DNA of 64,000 nucleotides from an uncultured Thermoleophilia bacterium (GCA_963700035.1 CAVOWE010000018.1:170378-234377); one strand, 5' to 3'; positions 1 through 10,123 are shown, counted from the stretch's first letter. The notes: generated by a model not told the origin, from the sequence alone. Made by a program: numbers and translations.

Positions 1-941
1 GTGGCCAGGCCGGCGGCCATGGCGAGCTCGTTCTCGCCGAACGTCGTGGTGTGCACCTGACACCGGTCCAGCCGTCCGTAGACTCTGTCGTGGATGCTGC
101 GCCGCATGATCGTCGCGCTCACCGGCATGAAGCCGCCGCCCAGCGATTTCGCCAGGGTGACGACGTCCGGCTCCAGGCCCCAGTGCTCGCTGCAGAGAAA
201 GCGGCCGCTGCGCCCCATGCCCACCTGCACCTCGTCGCAGACGAAGACCACCCCGTGCTCGCGGCACAGCCGCTGTGCCGCGGGCAGGTAGTCGTCATCG
301 GGCACGTACACTCCCTTGCCCTGGATCGGCTCGACGACGAACGCCGCGACGTCGCCTTCGCGGAGCTCTCGCTGCAGCGCGTCGGCGTCGTTCGCCGGGA
401 CGCGATCGAATCCCGGCATGAGCGTGCCGAAACCCTTGCGGAACTGGTCGCCGCCGTTGACCGACAACGTCCCCAGCATGCACCCGTGGAAGGCGTGCTC
501 CAGGTACAACACCCGGGGACGCCCGGTGGCCGCGCGCGCGAACTTGAGGGCGGTGTCGACGGCGTCCGCGCCGTCGTTGGCGAAGAACACCGTGTCGAGC
601 CCGGCAGGCATCCTGGCGACGAGAGCCTCGGCGAGGAGGCCGGCGAGCAGAGGGCAGTCCATCTCGACGAGGTTCGGGCGCTGCAGCTGCAGGGCCTCCT
701 CGAGAGCATGTCGTACTGTCGGATGGTCGCGGCCGAGGTTGTAGGTGCTGTAGCCGGCGATCAGGTCGAGGTAGCGCGCGCCGCCCGCGTCCCAGAGATA
801 GGCTCCTTCGCCCTTCACCCAGATCCTGTCGAAGCCGATGATGGCGAGGGCTCGGGCCAGCTCGGGATTGATGTGACGGCCGTACAGCGCGTACTGGTCC
901 GGCTGCCGCCGCCCGATGGTCTCCGCCAGTGAGAAGCTCAT
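1..941 (-). CDS. Class III PLP-dependent aminotransferase (acetylornithine/GABA aminotransferase family); C-terminal part lies beyond the window edge
   Basis: Minus-strand translation from the ATG whose reverse complement is at about 939-941 gives MSFSLAETIGRRQPDQYALYGRHINPELARALAIIGFDRIWVKGEGAYLWDAGGARYLDLIAGYSTYNLGRDHPTVRHALEEALQLQRPNLVEMD...HGVVFVCDEVQVGMGRSGRF...GENELAMAAGLAT. This is typical of class III aminotransferases. It is absent from the ORF track because it runs off the window. Confidence 0.8.
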   Translation of the reverse strand, partial: MSFSLAETIGRRQPDQYALYGRHINPELARALAIIGFDRIWVKGEGAYLWDAGGARYLDLIAGYSTYNLGRDHPTVRHALEEALQLQRPNLVEMDCPLLAGLLAEALVARMPAGLDTVFFANDGADAVDTALKFARAATGRPRVLYLEHAFHGCMLGTLSVNGGDQFRKGFGTLMPGFDRVPANDADALQRELREGDVAAFVVEPIQGKGVYVPDDDYLPAAQRLCREHGVVFVCDEVQVGMGRSGRFLCSEHWGLEPDVVTLAKSLGGGFMPVSATIMRRSIHDRVYGRLDRCQVHTTTFGENELAMAAGLA

Positions 942-966
942 GGCGCCCTCCGGTCGTCGCGAGACT

Positions 967-3207
967 TCACGCCATCATCCGTCCGATCTCGCGCAGCGTG
1001 GCCAGCACGTCCTTGGGCAAGGTCGGTGGTCTCTTGCCCACGGCGTGGCAGCTCCAGATGAGCTGGGACACGCGCTCGATGATCTCGGCCGCGTTCGCCG
1101 CCTGGCGCAGGCTGCTGGCCGCCACCACCAGGCCGTGGTTCTGCAGGAGGACGGCGGGGCCCGCGCCCAGTGCCTCCCGCACGGCCACCGCGAGCTCCCG
1201 GCTGCCGGGCATGATGAACGAGACGCGCGGGATGTCGCCGAAGAAGGCCGCCTCGGTGGTCACGGGAGTGAAGGGGATGCCGCTCATGCCGAGGACGGTG
1301 GCGTACGCGGCGTGCGCGTGGACGACGGCCTCCACGTCGGGACGCGCCCGGTAGATCTCACAGTGCAGCAGCCGCTCGCTGGAGGGAGCCGCGGCGTCGG
1401 CGTCGGCCGCGTTTCCCTCGAGGTCGATGCGCACCATCATGTCCGCCGTCAGCCTTCCTTTGAACAGCTGGCTGGGGGTGATCCAGGCTTCCTGCCCGCC
1501 GGGGATGCGGGCGCTGACGTTGCCGCCGGTCGCCGTGATGAGCTGCGCCGCGAACAGCTCTTCGGCGACGCGCGTGACCTCCTCGCGGAGGGTGATCGCC
1601 GCCGAACCGTCCGGCGGAGCGGGGGGCGGGGCGGCGCCCGCCGGCAGCGCCGGCGCCGCCTCATCGGGAGCGGGGGCGGCCGCGAAGTCGATGCCCCCCG
1701 CCTCCTCGCGCGCCGCGCTGTAGAGGCGCACGAGATCCTTCTGCACCCTCTGCATGCCCATCGCCAGCCTGACGTCGCCGCTGAACGAGAGCTTGCCGGT
1801 CATCGCGGCCTTGTTGCCGTTCAGGCGCCCGCTGAGGATGGCGTCGAGCGTCTCCCCCTTCGCCTTGAGCCGGACCTCGGCAGTCTCCGGTGGCGCGCCC
1901 ATGCCGGCGAGCACGCGCCCGTCGCGGAACCCGATGAAGAACTCCGGCCCGAGGTCGCTGACGACGTACTGGGACACCACGCTGCGGCGGGCGGCGAACG
2001 CGAGGAGCGCGGCGTCGTCGATCGCGCGCTCCAGGAACAGGCGCAGGACGCGCTCCATCTGGGACGCCGGGGACCCGCCGGCCTGCAGGGCGGATGTGTC
2101 GGGCGGCGGAGCCGCGGGCCGGTCCGCGGGCGTCGCCGCAGAGGCGGCCGGCTGCTCTTGGACGGCCGGCTGGAGGTCGGTGACCGCCGGTCCGGCGGAG
2201 GTGGCGAAGGCCGCCGGCGCGAGTGCGGCCTGCGGCGCTCGCGCCCGGTCCCACGTGAACGCCGCCAGCGTCTCGGGATTGAGCACGTGGCGCGGCCGCA
2301 GCCCGGCGACCATGCGCCGCAGGTCGGCGGCGACGAGGCGCCCCTGGTGCGCGCCGACTTCGCGCGTGTTGCCACCCACGTGCGGCGTGGCGATGACGTT
2401 CGGCAGCGCCAGCAGCGGATCATCGGCGGCGGGAGGCTCGGCGGCAAAGACGTCGAGCGCCGCGCCGCCGAGCCGGCCGCTGCGCAGCGCCGCGAGGAGG
2501 GCGTCTTCCTGCACCAGCGCTGCCCTGGCGGTGTTGACCAGAAAGGCGCCCGGCTTCATCTGGGCCAGGCGTTCCGCGCCCATCATGCCGCGCGTGTCGT
2601 CGGTCAGCGGCGCGTGCAGGCTCACGATGTCGCTGGCCGCGAGCAGCTCGTCCAGCGACGCCGCCTCGGCGTCCAGCAGAGGGGCTTCCTCGGCGGCCAG
2701 GAACGGGTCGTTCACGAGCACGCGTGCGCCGAAGGGGCGCAGGCGGCGGGCCACGGCGCGTCCGACCGCCCCGCAGCCGACGAGCCCCACCGTCTTGCCC
2801 CACAGCTCGTTGCCCAGCAGCTCGCCGTGCGCCTGGCCCATCCGTCCCATGTCGCCGGCTTCTCCGCCCGGCACGCGTAGAAAGGCGTTCGCCGCCACCA
2901 GCTTGCGTGCCAGCGCGAGCATGAACGCCAGCGTCAGGTCGGCCACGGCTTCGGCGTTCCGTCCGGGTGCGTGAAGCACCGGGACGCCGAGCGCGGTGCA
3001 GGCCGCGAGATCGACGTTGACCGCATGGCCCCTGCAGGCGGCGACGACGCGCAGGTCGGGCAGGCGCGCGAGCGCGTCGGCGTCGACGATGTCCACTTCC
3101 GTGATGAAGACGTCGCAGCCCGCGAGCGCCTCGACCAGGTCGTCGCCGGTGAGCAGGCGCAGGGCCTCCCTGTAGCTCGCGTGCGTCACGTCGCCGAGCT
3201 CACGCAA
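967..3207 (-). CDS. Three-domain fusion: N-terminal D-isomer-specific 2-hydroxyacid dehydrogenase (NAD-binding), central SCP2 sterol-carrier-like domain, C-terminal class II aldolase/adducin (FucA/AraD-like) domain
   Basis: 746-aa ORF. The N-terminal part has GLVGCGAVGRAVARRL and PNVIATPHVGGNT, the D-2-hydroxyacid dehydrogenase signatures. The middle has LNGNKAAMTGKLSFSGDVRLAMGMQRV (SCP2). The C-terminal part has ATGGNVSARIP...LLHCEIYRARPDVEAVVHAHAAYATVLGMSGIPFTP (class II aldolase). Confidence 0.8.
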   Translation of the reverse strand: MRELGDVTHASYREALRLLTGDDLVEALAGCDVFITEVDIVDADALARLPDLRVVAACRGHAVNVDLAACTALGVPVLHAPGRNAEAVADLTLAFMLALARKLVAANAFLRVPGGEAGDMGRMGQAHGELLGNELWGKTVGLVGCGAVGRAVARRLRPFGARVLVNDPFLAAEEAPLLDAEAASLDELLAASDIVSLHAPLTDDTRGMMGAERLAQMKPGAFLVNTARAALVQEDALLAALRSGRLGGAALDVFAAEPPAADDPLLALPNVIATPHVGGNTREVGAHQGRLVAADLRRMVAGLRPRHVLNPETLAAFTWDRARAPQAALAPAAFATSAGPAVTDLQPAVQEQPAASAATPADRPAAPPPDTSALQAGGSPASQMERVLRLFLERAIDDAALLAFAARRSVVSQYVVSDLGPEFFIGFRDGRVLAGMGAPPETAEVRLKAKGETLDAILSGRLNGNKAAMTGKLSFSGDVRLAMGMQRVQKDLVRLYSAAREEAGGIDFAAAPAPDEAAPALPAGAAPPPAPPDGSAAITLREEVTRVAEELFAAQLITATGGNVSARIPGGQEAWITPSQLFKGRLTADMMVRIDLEGNAADADAAAPSSERLLHCEIYRARPDVEAVVHAHAAYATVLGMSGIPFTPVTTEAAFFGDIPRVSFIMPGSRELAVAVREALGAGPAVLLQNHGLVVAASSLRQAANAAEIIERVSQLIWSCHAVGKRPPTLPKDVLATLREIGRMMA

Positions 3208-4928
3208 CTCGATGAGGGAGTCCTCGTCGAGGTCGGCGGTCGCCAGGACGCGCAGCCGCCGGCGCGCCGGAAGCGGCGTCGCGGTCGGCGAGCGCCGGCC
3301 GGCCGTCGTCCTGCGCCCGGCTCATCATCCCCCGCAGCGCCGCGCCCGACGGCCAGCCGGTCGGCCGGCGCGCGCGCCTCTCGCACCTGGGTCCAGTCCG
3401 CGTACAGCTCGCGGTAGAGGCGGGCGCTGGCCGCGTCGGGGGTGAGGCGCTGCACCTGCGCGAGTGCCGCGGCGCCGGTGGCCAGATCGGGGAAGACGCC
3501 GCCGCCGGCTCCGGCGCAGACGGCGGCGCCCAGCACACTCGCCTCGGGCAGGGTGGAGACCGTGAGCGGGGCGTCGAGGACGTCGCAGACGAGCTGCGTC
3601 CACAGGCCACCACGCGTCATGCCGCCGGCCAGGCGGATCTCCATAGGCTCCTCCGCGGCGCGCTCCCCCGACGCTGCCTCCAGCAGTTGCGCGGCGTTCG
3701 CCTTGAGGGCGAAGGCCATGCCCTCGAGGATGGCGCGCGCGAGATCGGCGCGTCGTTCGGCAGCGCGGCTTCGCGCGCCGTCGCTCGGCGGGCCGCCCGC
3801 CTCGCCCCGGGCATCTTCGCCTCCGGCGTCCAGGTGCGTCAGGGAGAGGGTGCCGATGGGCACCGACATCATCTCCCTCGCGTCCATCACCTGCGCGCCG
3901 AGTGACGAGAGCATGCCGCCGGCTCCCGGCGCCGCCCCCGCCGCCTCTGCGACGAAGCGGGCCACCGGATCCGGCGAGTCGGGGTACAGCACGCCGGAGA
4001 ACCATTCGAGCGTGTCGCCCATGGCGCCGGCGTTGCTCTCGACGACCCACCGGCCGGGCACGACGTGGCGACCCACCCACGTGCGCCCGTTCGGATCGGT
4101 GCGCGGCCGGTCTGTCACGAGCTGCAGCGGCGTGGTGCTGCCGGCGACCACCGCCAGCTGCCCGGCCTCGACGACGCCGGCTCCGAGGAGGCCGCACTGG
4201 GTGTCCGCTCCGCCCACGGCCACCGGCGTGCCCGGCCGCAGGCCGAGCGCCTCGGCGGCCGCGATCGTCAGCGCCCCCAGCGGCGTGCCGGCGGTCCGCA
4301 CCGCGGGGAAGAGGCGCCGCGGAAGCCCGAGCCGCTCGATGAGGTCCCACGCCCACTCGCCGGCGGAGAGGTCGAACAGCAGGGTCTCGCCGGCCTGCGA
4401 TGGGTCGGTGGCCGGCACACCGGTGAGCTTGAGAGCGACCCAGTCGCTCAGGCTGAGCGCAGAGACCGCGCGGGACAGGATGTCGGGGGCGTTCTCCGCC
4501 AGCCAGCAGAGCCGCGCGGCCAGGAAGATGGGCGCCGGCCAGTGGCCGGCGCGTTCGTTGAAGACCGCGCCCAGGTCGTCCGCCAGGCGGATGCCCTCTG
4601 CAGCGGCGCGAGCGTCGTGGTTGGGCACGGCGAAAAGGACCTCGTCGTCCTGGCCGACGACCACCGCGCTGAACCTCATGCCGGTGACGGCGATGCCGAG
4701 GATCTCGTCCGGGCGGGCACCGGCCTTCTGGACGGCATCGGCGACGCTCTCGCGCACCAGCCGCCAGCAGTGGTCCGTGTCGATATCGAAGGCGAAGAAC
4801 CCGGCGTCCGGCGCAGGGGTCGGTCTCCACGGCCGGGTCGCGACGATCACGCGGCCGCTGTGCGCGTCCACGAGCGCGCAGCGGACGCTGCGGCCTCCGC
4901 AATCCAAGCCCATCAAGAACGGACTCAT
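3186..4928 (-). CDS. FGGY-family carbohydrate kinase (xylulokinase/L-fuculokinase-like) with a low-complexity C-terminal tail
   Basis: N-terminal MSPFLMGLDCGGRSVRCALVD, GGADTQCGLLGAGVV and the conserved C-terminal region GGMTRGGLWTQLVCDVLDAPL. The last roughly 60 aa are Arg/Pro-rich and may be a frame artefact. Confidence 0.8.
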   Translation of the reverse strand: MSPFLMGLDCGGRSVRCALVDAHSGRVIVATRPWRPTPAPDAGFFAFDIDTDHCWRLVRESVADAVQKAGARPDEILGIAVTGMRFSAVVVGQDDEVLFAVPNHDARAAAEGIRLADDLGAVFNERAGHWPAPIFLAARLCWLAENAPDILSRAVSALSLSDWVALKLTGVPATDPSQAGETLLFDLSAGEWAWDLIERLGLPRRLFPAVRTAGTPLGALTIAAAEALGLRPGTPVAVGGADTQCGLLGAGVVEAGQLAVVAGSTTPLQLVTDRPRTDPNGRTWVGRHVVPGRWVVESNAGAMGDTLEWFSGVLYPDSPDPVARFVAEAAGAAPGAGGMLSSLGAQVMDAREMMSVPIGTLSLTHLDAGGEDARGEAGGPPSDGARSRAAERRADLARAILEGMAFALKANAAQLLEAASGERAAEEPMEIRLAGGMTRGGLWTQLVCDVLDAPLTVSTLPEASVLGAAVCAGAGGGVFPDLATGAAALAQVQRLTPDAASARLYRELYADWTQVREARAPADRLAVGRGAAGDDEPGAGRRPAGARRPRRRFRRAGGCASWRPPTSTRTPSSSCVSSAT

Positions 4929-5275
4929 CTCGGCCTCTCCTCATCTGCCGGACCGGCGGGGAACGAGGGTGCGGCCAGTATATCGTGCACGATCGCCAGG
5001 AGGATGCGCCCGCCGGCCCGAGAGCCCCCACAGGCCGGCGTTCTTCACGCACGAGATGACAGACATCCGCGCCCCGGGAAGCAGTACCATAGACGGACCG
5101 GCGCGCAGACCCGGCCGGGGCGGACCACGCGCTCCGCCGGGCGTGCGCGGACCGCGGCCGCGCCTTGCGGGCGCCCGTGGGCCCGGCAGTCTGGAGGCGA
5201 TGCCGAATGATGGCGTTCAGGGCGTCCACCATGGCGTTGTGCGCGTACCTCGCGAGGAAGGGCAGGTGACCTGAC

Positions 5276-6604
5276 GTGGCGCTCCCCGCCCTGGACGAGT
5301 TCTTCTCGCTTCCCGCGGCGCAGCGAGGCTCTCTGCTCGTCGAGGGCATCCGCGAGGCGCACCGCTACCACTTCGCGCGCAACGCCGCGTACCGGCGCAC
5401 CGTGAGCGCGCGGGGCGTCGGCGCGGAGGTCACCCCCGAGCGCTTCCAGCGCCTGCTGAGACCGGCGGCCCTCACCTTCAAGAGCTACGTGGAGACGATC
5501 GGGCCGTTCCCTCAGGACCATCCGCGCGCCTTTCTCGCCTGGCTCGGCGATCAGCTCTCGATCGCTCTGCCCGCGGATCGCGGGAGCGCGCTGCGGCGAC
5601 GGTACCTGACGATGGAGGGCCTGCTCGCCGACACCGAACGCATCTACGCCGATCTGGGTCTGGAGATGGTGACCTCCAGCGGGACCTCCGGTATCGCGAG
5701 CGTCGTCGCCCGCGACGCCGTCACCGTGGACCTCGCGGTGCGTTCGTTCTTCGCCGGCATCCACCGCGCCTGGGGCATCGCCCGCGACGCCGCCCTGGTG
5801 TTCGTGATGCCGGAGGACACCAGGGTGGCCATGGCCCGATCGGCGCGCCTCGGCGTCAAGCAGCTCGACTGGGCGGCGGGGACCAGCGTCTCCTACACCA
5901 TGCCGTTCTCCGCCACCCCCGACCTGATCCGCTTGCGGGCCGGGCGCACCTTCCACTCGGGCCCACGGGGGGTCGTGGAGAGTCGCGTGCTCCACCCGGT
6001 CCTGGCCTGGGCCGACAGGCGCTGGGTGGCGCGCACGTACGTGGACCGCACGCTGGCGCGCCTGCGCGCGCTCTCGGCCGCCGGCCGACCGCTGATGCTG
6101 CTGGGCGGACAGACGCAACTGCACGCCGTAGCCCTGAGGGCGCGGGTCGCGCTTCCCGCGGGCAGTCGCGTGGCCACCGGTGGAGGGAGCAAGGAGGAGT
6201 ACCCCTTCACGTCCGCCCAGATCCGCGCCGACCTCGAAGTCGCGTTCGGCGGCGTACCGGTCGCCGATGTCTACGGCATGGCCGAGGCCGACTGGGCCGC
6301 GTTCGAGTGTCCTCGCGGCAACTATCACATCCCGCCCTGGGTGTACGCGGTGGTGACCGACGACGCCGATCGCGTCGTCCCGGGACCGATGGCTGCGGGG
6401 ATGCTGGCCTTCTTCGACCCCGTGGCCGGCGGCGACCTCATCCCGCCCTTCTTCCAGAGCGCCGACCACGTGACCCTCGTGAACGGCGCCGACCAGTACG
6501 ACGCCGCGCTGGCCTGCGCGTGCGGCTACGACTCCGCGTACATCGCCGGCGGGATCCGGCGCGTGGACCTCATGGACGAAGCCGGCTGCGCGGCGCAACT
6601 GTGA
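5276..6604 (+). CDS. LuxE-like acyl-protein synthetase (adenylate-forming enzyme)
   Basis: 442 aa with a TSSGTSGIASVV adenylation P-loop-like motif. The overall layout resembles the LuxE family. Its stop overlaps the GTG of the next gene (GTGA). Confidence 0.55.
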   Translation: MALPALDEFFSLPAAQRGSLLVEGIREAHRYHFARNAAYRRTVSARGVGAEVTPERFQRLLRPAALTFKSYVETIGPFPQDHPRAFLAWLGDQLSIALPADRGSALRRRYLTMEGLLADTERIYADLGLEMVTSSGTSGIASVVARDAVTVDLAVRSFFAGIHRAWGIARDAALVFVMPEDTRVAMARSARLGVKQLDWAAGTSVSYTMPFSATPDLIRLRAGRTFHSGPRGVVESRVLHPVLAWADRRWVARTYVDRTLARLRALSAAGRPLMLLGGQTQLHAVALRARVALPAGSRVATGGGSKEEYPFTSAQIRADLEVAFGGVPVADVYGMAEADWAAFECPRGNYHIPPWVYAVVTDDADRVVPGPMAAGMLAFFDPVAGGDLIPPFFQSADHVTLVNGADQYDAALACACGYDSAYIAGGIRRVDLMDEAGCAAQL

Positions 6605-8218
6605 GCCCGGAGCGCGTGAACGGCGACGTGCGCGACGGCTTCTGGCTGCCGCGGAAAGTGCGCCAGGAGGTCCTGAGCCGGGCCACATGGCAGACCGCCC
6701 GCCTCTGCGGCGGCGCACTCGTGGAGGCGGGGGCCGCTCGAAGAGGCACGGCGGGCACCCAGGATGCCGCCGCCGTGCCGATCCGCTGGCCGCGGCTCTC
6801 GCCGCAGCAGTGGACCGCTCTGCTCGCCGCGCTGCAGGCAGCTCGCGGCGTGGCCGGCCCTGAGGCCGCCGGACGCTGGGAGGCCGCCCTTCTGAAGGCG
6901 CTCCCCGGCCTGGCCGGCGAGATGCCGGACATGCTCGCGCGGCTCTCGGCCTCCACGGGCTACAGCCCCGGAGATGCTGACCACGGCGCTGGCCGGCGGG
7001 GACCTGGTCGATCCTTCCTCGCTGGCCGCGGCGATGGACTTCCGGCCGACGTGGGCGGCGGCCTCGAGCTGGGTCACGCATCCGCGCCTCGGAGGCCGCA
7101 TCCGCTTCTTTCCGCACGGTCTCGCGGGGCGGGCCAGGGCCGTGCTGACTCCGGACGCGGCCCTCTTCCGCCCCGCCCCGCCGGTGGACCTCACGCTGGG
7201 CTTCGCGGCGGGGAACGTGCCGGGCACCGCGCTCATCATCGCTCTCCTCGGCGGTCTGGCCGGCCACGCAGCGTCCGGCGACGCGCGCGCGCCGGCCGTC
7301 CTGGTGCGCAACAGCCGCCACGAGCCGCTGTTCACCCCGTGGGTGTTGTCCGCCGTGGAAGCGGTGGACCCCGATCTGGTGGCCGGCACGGCCGTCATGA
7401 TCTGGGACTACGACGATCCTGGACTGCAGGCGCTCCTCCTGCGCTCGGCCGGACTGATGATGGCGGCCGCGGACGACGCCACCATCGCGGCTCTCGACGC
7501 CCGACGCGCGCGCTCCGCCCCCGGCCTGCGCTTTCACCGGCACGGCCACAAGGTCAGCTTCGCCACTCTCGGCGCGGGTTGGGCGACGCGGCCTCGTGCC
7601 CCTCGCCTGGCCGCACTCGACTCCAGCTTCTGGGACCAGAACGGCTGCCTGTCCGCCCGCGTGCACTTCGTGGAGGGGAACGCGTCCGCATACGCCGAGG
7701 CGCTCACCGGGGAGATGCGGGCTCTCAGCCGCGAACTGCCTCGCGGGACGACCCCGCGGCGCTACACTCGGCGCGCCTTCGACGCCTACGCGGCGCTCAC
7801 GGGCGCGGGCGGCGTGCGCCTGTTCTCAGACTACGACGACGAGTTCGCCGTCGTCGTCGACGGACGCTCCTGGGATGCCGGCACGCTGCGCAGGGCGGCC
7901 AACGCCTGTCAGGGGCGGGTGGTCGTGGTGCGGCCGGTCCGGGATGTGATGGATGTGCCCCGCCTGCTGCAGGCGCTGCCGGCGGGCAACCTGCAATCCA
8001 TGAGCCTGCTGCTGGACGACGAGCGCCTGGAGCCGTTCGCCCAGGCCGTGGGAGCCTGCGGCGTGACGGCACTCCGCAGTCTGGGGCGCGGCGCCTTCCC
8101 TCAACTGGCCTGGTCCTGGGACGGCCTGCTCCCACCGGACGTGGGATCCTTGCGCCCGCCCGGGCACTTCACTACCATCGAGCCCGATCCGCCAGTCACG
8201 TCCATTCTGGAGGTGTGA
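6601..8218 (+). CDS. LuxC-like acyl-CoA reductase, interrupted by an apparent frameshift near 6960-6975
   Basis: GTG at 6601 overlaps the LuxE-like stop (frame of track ORF 6307..9882, reading VSPERVNGDVRDGFWLPRKVRQEV...). The protein-like sequence then continues in the frame of track ORF 6974..8218 (LTLGFAAGNVPGTALI...SARVHFVEG). Judged LuxC-like by size and aldehyde-dehydrogenase-like architecture. Confidence 0.5.
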
Positions 8219-8221
8219 CCC

Positions 8222-8710
8222 ATGGGATGTCGGCGCGTGCCCCTGTCACTGATCTTGCTCGCGATCGCCCTGCTGGCGACCGCGGCGCTGGCCGCCTCCT
8301 GCGGCGGGACCAGCTCGTCCGCCGGGCAGGCCACGTCTCCCGCAACGCCCGCCTCCACTTCACCTGCGAGCACCACGCCGCTCGCCGCCGAGGACGCACA
8401 GGCGGTCCGCGACCTGGCTCTCGCCTACTGGGCGGCCTACAACGCCTACGATCCCGAGAAGGCCATCTCCTACCTCGACGAGAGCTACCGGCCCGCTCAG
8501 GAGAAGATCGTCCGCGACGATATCGGGCGCATCAAGACCTTCGGCGTGAAGCTCGGCGTCAGCGAGAAGAGCGCGCCCGTGCTCATCGGGCCGGACCAGG
8601 CCGAGATGTACCTCAACATGAAGACGCCGACGGGCACGCGGACGCTGTGGATGAAGTTCGCGCGACGCGGGGATGCCTGGACGATCACCTACGTGGAAGA
8701 AGTCAAGTAG
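8222..8710 (+). CDS. Lipoprotein with SnoaL/NTF2-like (DUF4440-type) fold
   Basis: Signal peptide plus lipobox LAASCGG, then an Ala/Ser/Thr/Pro linker, then DLALAYWAAYNAYDPEKAISYLDESY...GDAWTITYVEEVK. The start is 3 nt after the LuxC-like stop. Confidence 0.7.
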   Translation: MGCRRVPLSLILLAIALLATAALAASCGGTSSSAGQATSPATPASTSPASTTPLAAEDAQAVRDLALAYWAAYNAYDPEKAISYLDESYRPAQEKIVRDDIGRIKTFGVKLGVSEKSAPVLIGPDQAEMYLNMKTPTGTRTLWMKFARRGDAWTITYVEEVK

Positions 8711-8745
8711 GGCCGGGTCCCTCGGTCCGCCTCGAGAGGCGACCG

Positions 8746-9810
8746 TCAGAGGCGCCCTGCGCCACCCGGGGGCGGGGCCTCGCCGGGAAGATAGAGGTAG
8801 TCGGTGTAGCCCGGTCCCGGCTGCGGCGCGCCGCGGTCGCCGGGTCGGACGACCAGCAGCACGAGGATCGCGGCCACGGCTGCGGCGACGCCCACGACGA
8901 GGACGACCCATCCCCAGCGCCGCAGATCGCTCGTGATCGCGCCCCAGATCGCCGCCGAAGCGGCGTGGGGTATGCCGGCGTCGTCCGTGCGGCCCAGGTA
9001 GCTCATGCGGCCGATCGCAAGGCCTACCTCGAGCGCTACCATGGCAAGCGTCAGCCCTGCGCCGACCCACGCGGCGGCGCGCAGCCGCCGGGGAGCCACA
9101 AGGACCGAGCCGAGCAGAAGCCCGAGCGTCGCGATCGGCAGGAGCGGGTAGAGGCGGTCGAGCGTCAGGACGTACCTCCCGGCCTTGGCGAACGGGCGCG
9201 CATCGAACAGCATGACGTCGCCCGTCTTGAGGGTCTTGGGGAGCGGCTCCGGAAGCGAGACGCCGGACGAGGCCAGAAGGTCGGTGACGTCGGCAGTGAC
9301 CTTCTTCAGGTCCAGGCCGATCAGGTCGCTGGCGGTCACCTTGAGGTTGCCTTTGCTGTTGATGACGTCGACGAGGATGGGGTGCACCTTGCGGTTCGCG
9401 GTCGCCCAGAACTCACGGAAGGCGCTGCTCTTCACGGCCTGAAGGGTGAGCTCGGCGGTCAGGTCCTCCAACTGGGCGCTCAGCGGTCCGGTGAACTCCC
9501 CCAGCTCCGCCGGCAAGGGGCCGGGCAGCACCTGGTCCGCGTCGAGGGCGCCGCTCACCTGCTTCGCCAGGGCGTCGGCGACCGCCTCCTGCACGGCCGC
9601 ATCGTCGGCCACCGGAGTGACGGTGGCGACATAGCCGTCCACGTCCATGATGTCGCGGTGGACGTACACGCTGGCGAGGGCCGCCGGCGCCGTCAGGCAG
9701 CCGGCCACGACCAGCACGACGGCGAGCGTCCGGCGCCACCCGCCGGTGGCACGGGGCCGAGATGCGGCGGCGGCCTCTTCGATCCTGTAGTAGCTGACCG
9801 GCGGCTGCAC
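8746..9810 (-). CDS. Integral membrane protein of unknown function (N-terminal TM, soluble domain, C-terminal TM cluster)
   Basis: The protein-like part begins around VQPPVSYYRIEEAAAASRPRATGGWRRTLAVVLVVAGCL. Hydrophobic C-terminal helices ...LGLLLGSVLVAP...WVVLVVGVAAAVAAILVLLVV. The start codon is uncertain (track ORF 8746..9975). Confidence 0.45.
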   Translation of the reverse strand: MQPPVSYYRIEEAAAASRPRATGGWRRTLAVVLVVAGCLTAPAALASVYVHRDIMDVDGYVATVTPVADDAAVQEAVADALAKQVSGALDADQVLPGPLPAELGEFTGPLSAQLEDLTAELTLQAVKSSAFREFWATANRKVHPILVDVINSKGNLKVTASDLIGLDLKKVTADVTDLLASSGVSLPEPLPKTLKTGDVMLFDARPFAKAGRYVLTLDRLYPLLPIATLGLLLGSVLVAPRRLRAAAWVGAGLTLAMVALEVGLAIGRMSYLGRTDDAGIPHAASAAIWGAITSDLRRWGWVVLVVGVAAAVAAILVLLVVRPGDRGAPQPGPGYTDYLYLPGEAPPPGGAGRL

Positions 9811-10123
9811 GGCGTTTCCCCCTCGCTCTCGCAGGGATCCACATCCCCAGGACAGCGCTACCCCGCTCCGGTCCGGAGGTAACTCGTGGACCGTCGTTGG
9901 GCAGAGCCCCGACCCTTCCATCGACCCTACCATCCTGCTAGGGTTCGTGCAGGTCCTCCACGAGGAGAACACCATGCGCGGGGATGAGCAGCAGGGGGGT
10001 CCAGTGAGTCTCGTCGCCTATCTCAAGGGCTGCCTGGCGGCCGGGCGTCCACGTCACGTCGCCCACCCCGTTCGCGTCGCCGCCCCGACCCCGACGGCTT
10101 CCCTCGGCGAGGACTGACCTCTC

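Noticed and set aside
51-932. 293-aa plus-strand ORF overlapping the aminotransferase locus, and the similar long ORFs 916..2880 (+), 3325..5349 (-), 3442..5274 (+), 5045..7666 (-), 6307..9882 (+, outside 6601-6970), 9938..11758 (-), 13114..14589 (-), 22341..23648 (-), 43004..44899 (-), 46511..48322 (-) and 61300..63450 (-)
   Set aside because: Their translations are Arg/Ala/Pro/Gly-rich low-complexity text with no motifs. They lie antisense or out of frame to well-supported genes. These are typical GC-rich shadow ORFs.
5276-8218. Interpreting the LuxE/LuxC-like genes as a bioluminescence (lux) operon
   Set aside because: No luxA, luxB or luxD homologs are present, and the flanking genes are a lipoprotein and a membrane protein.
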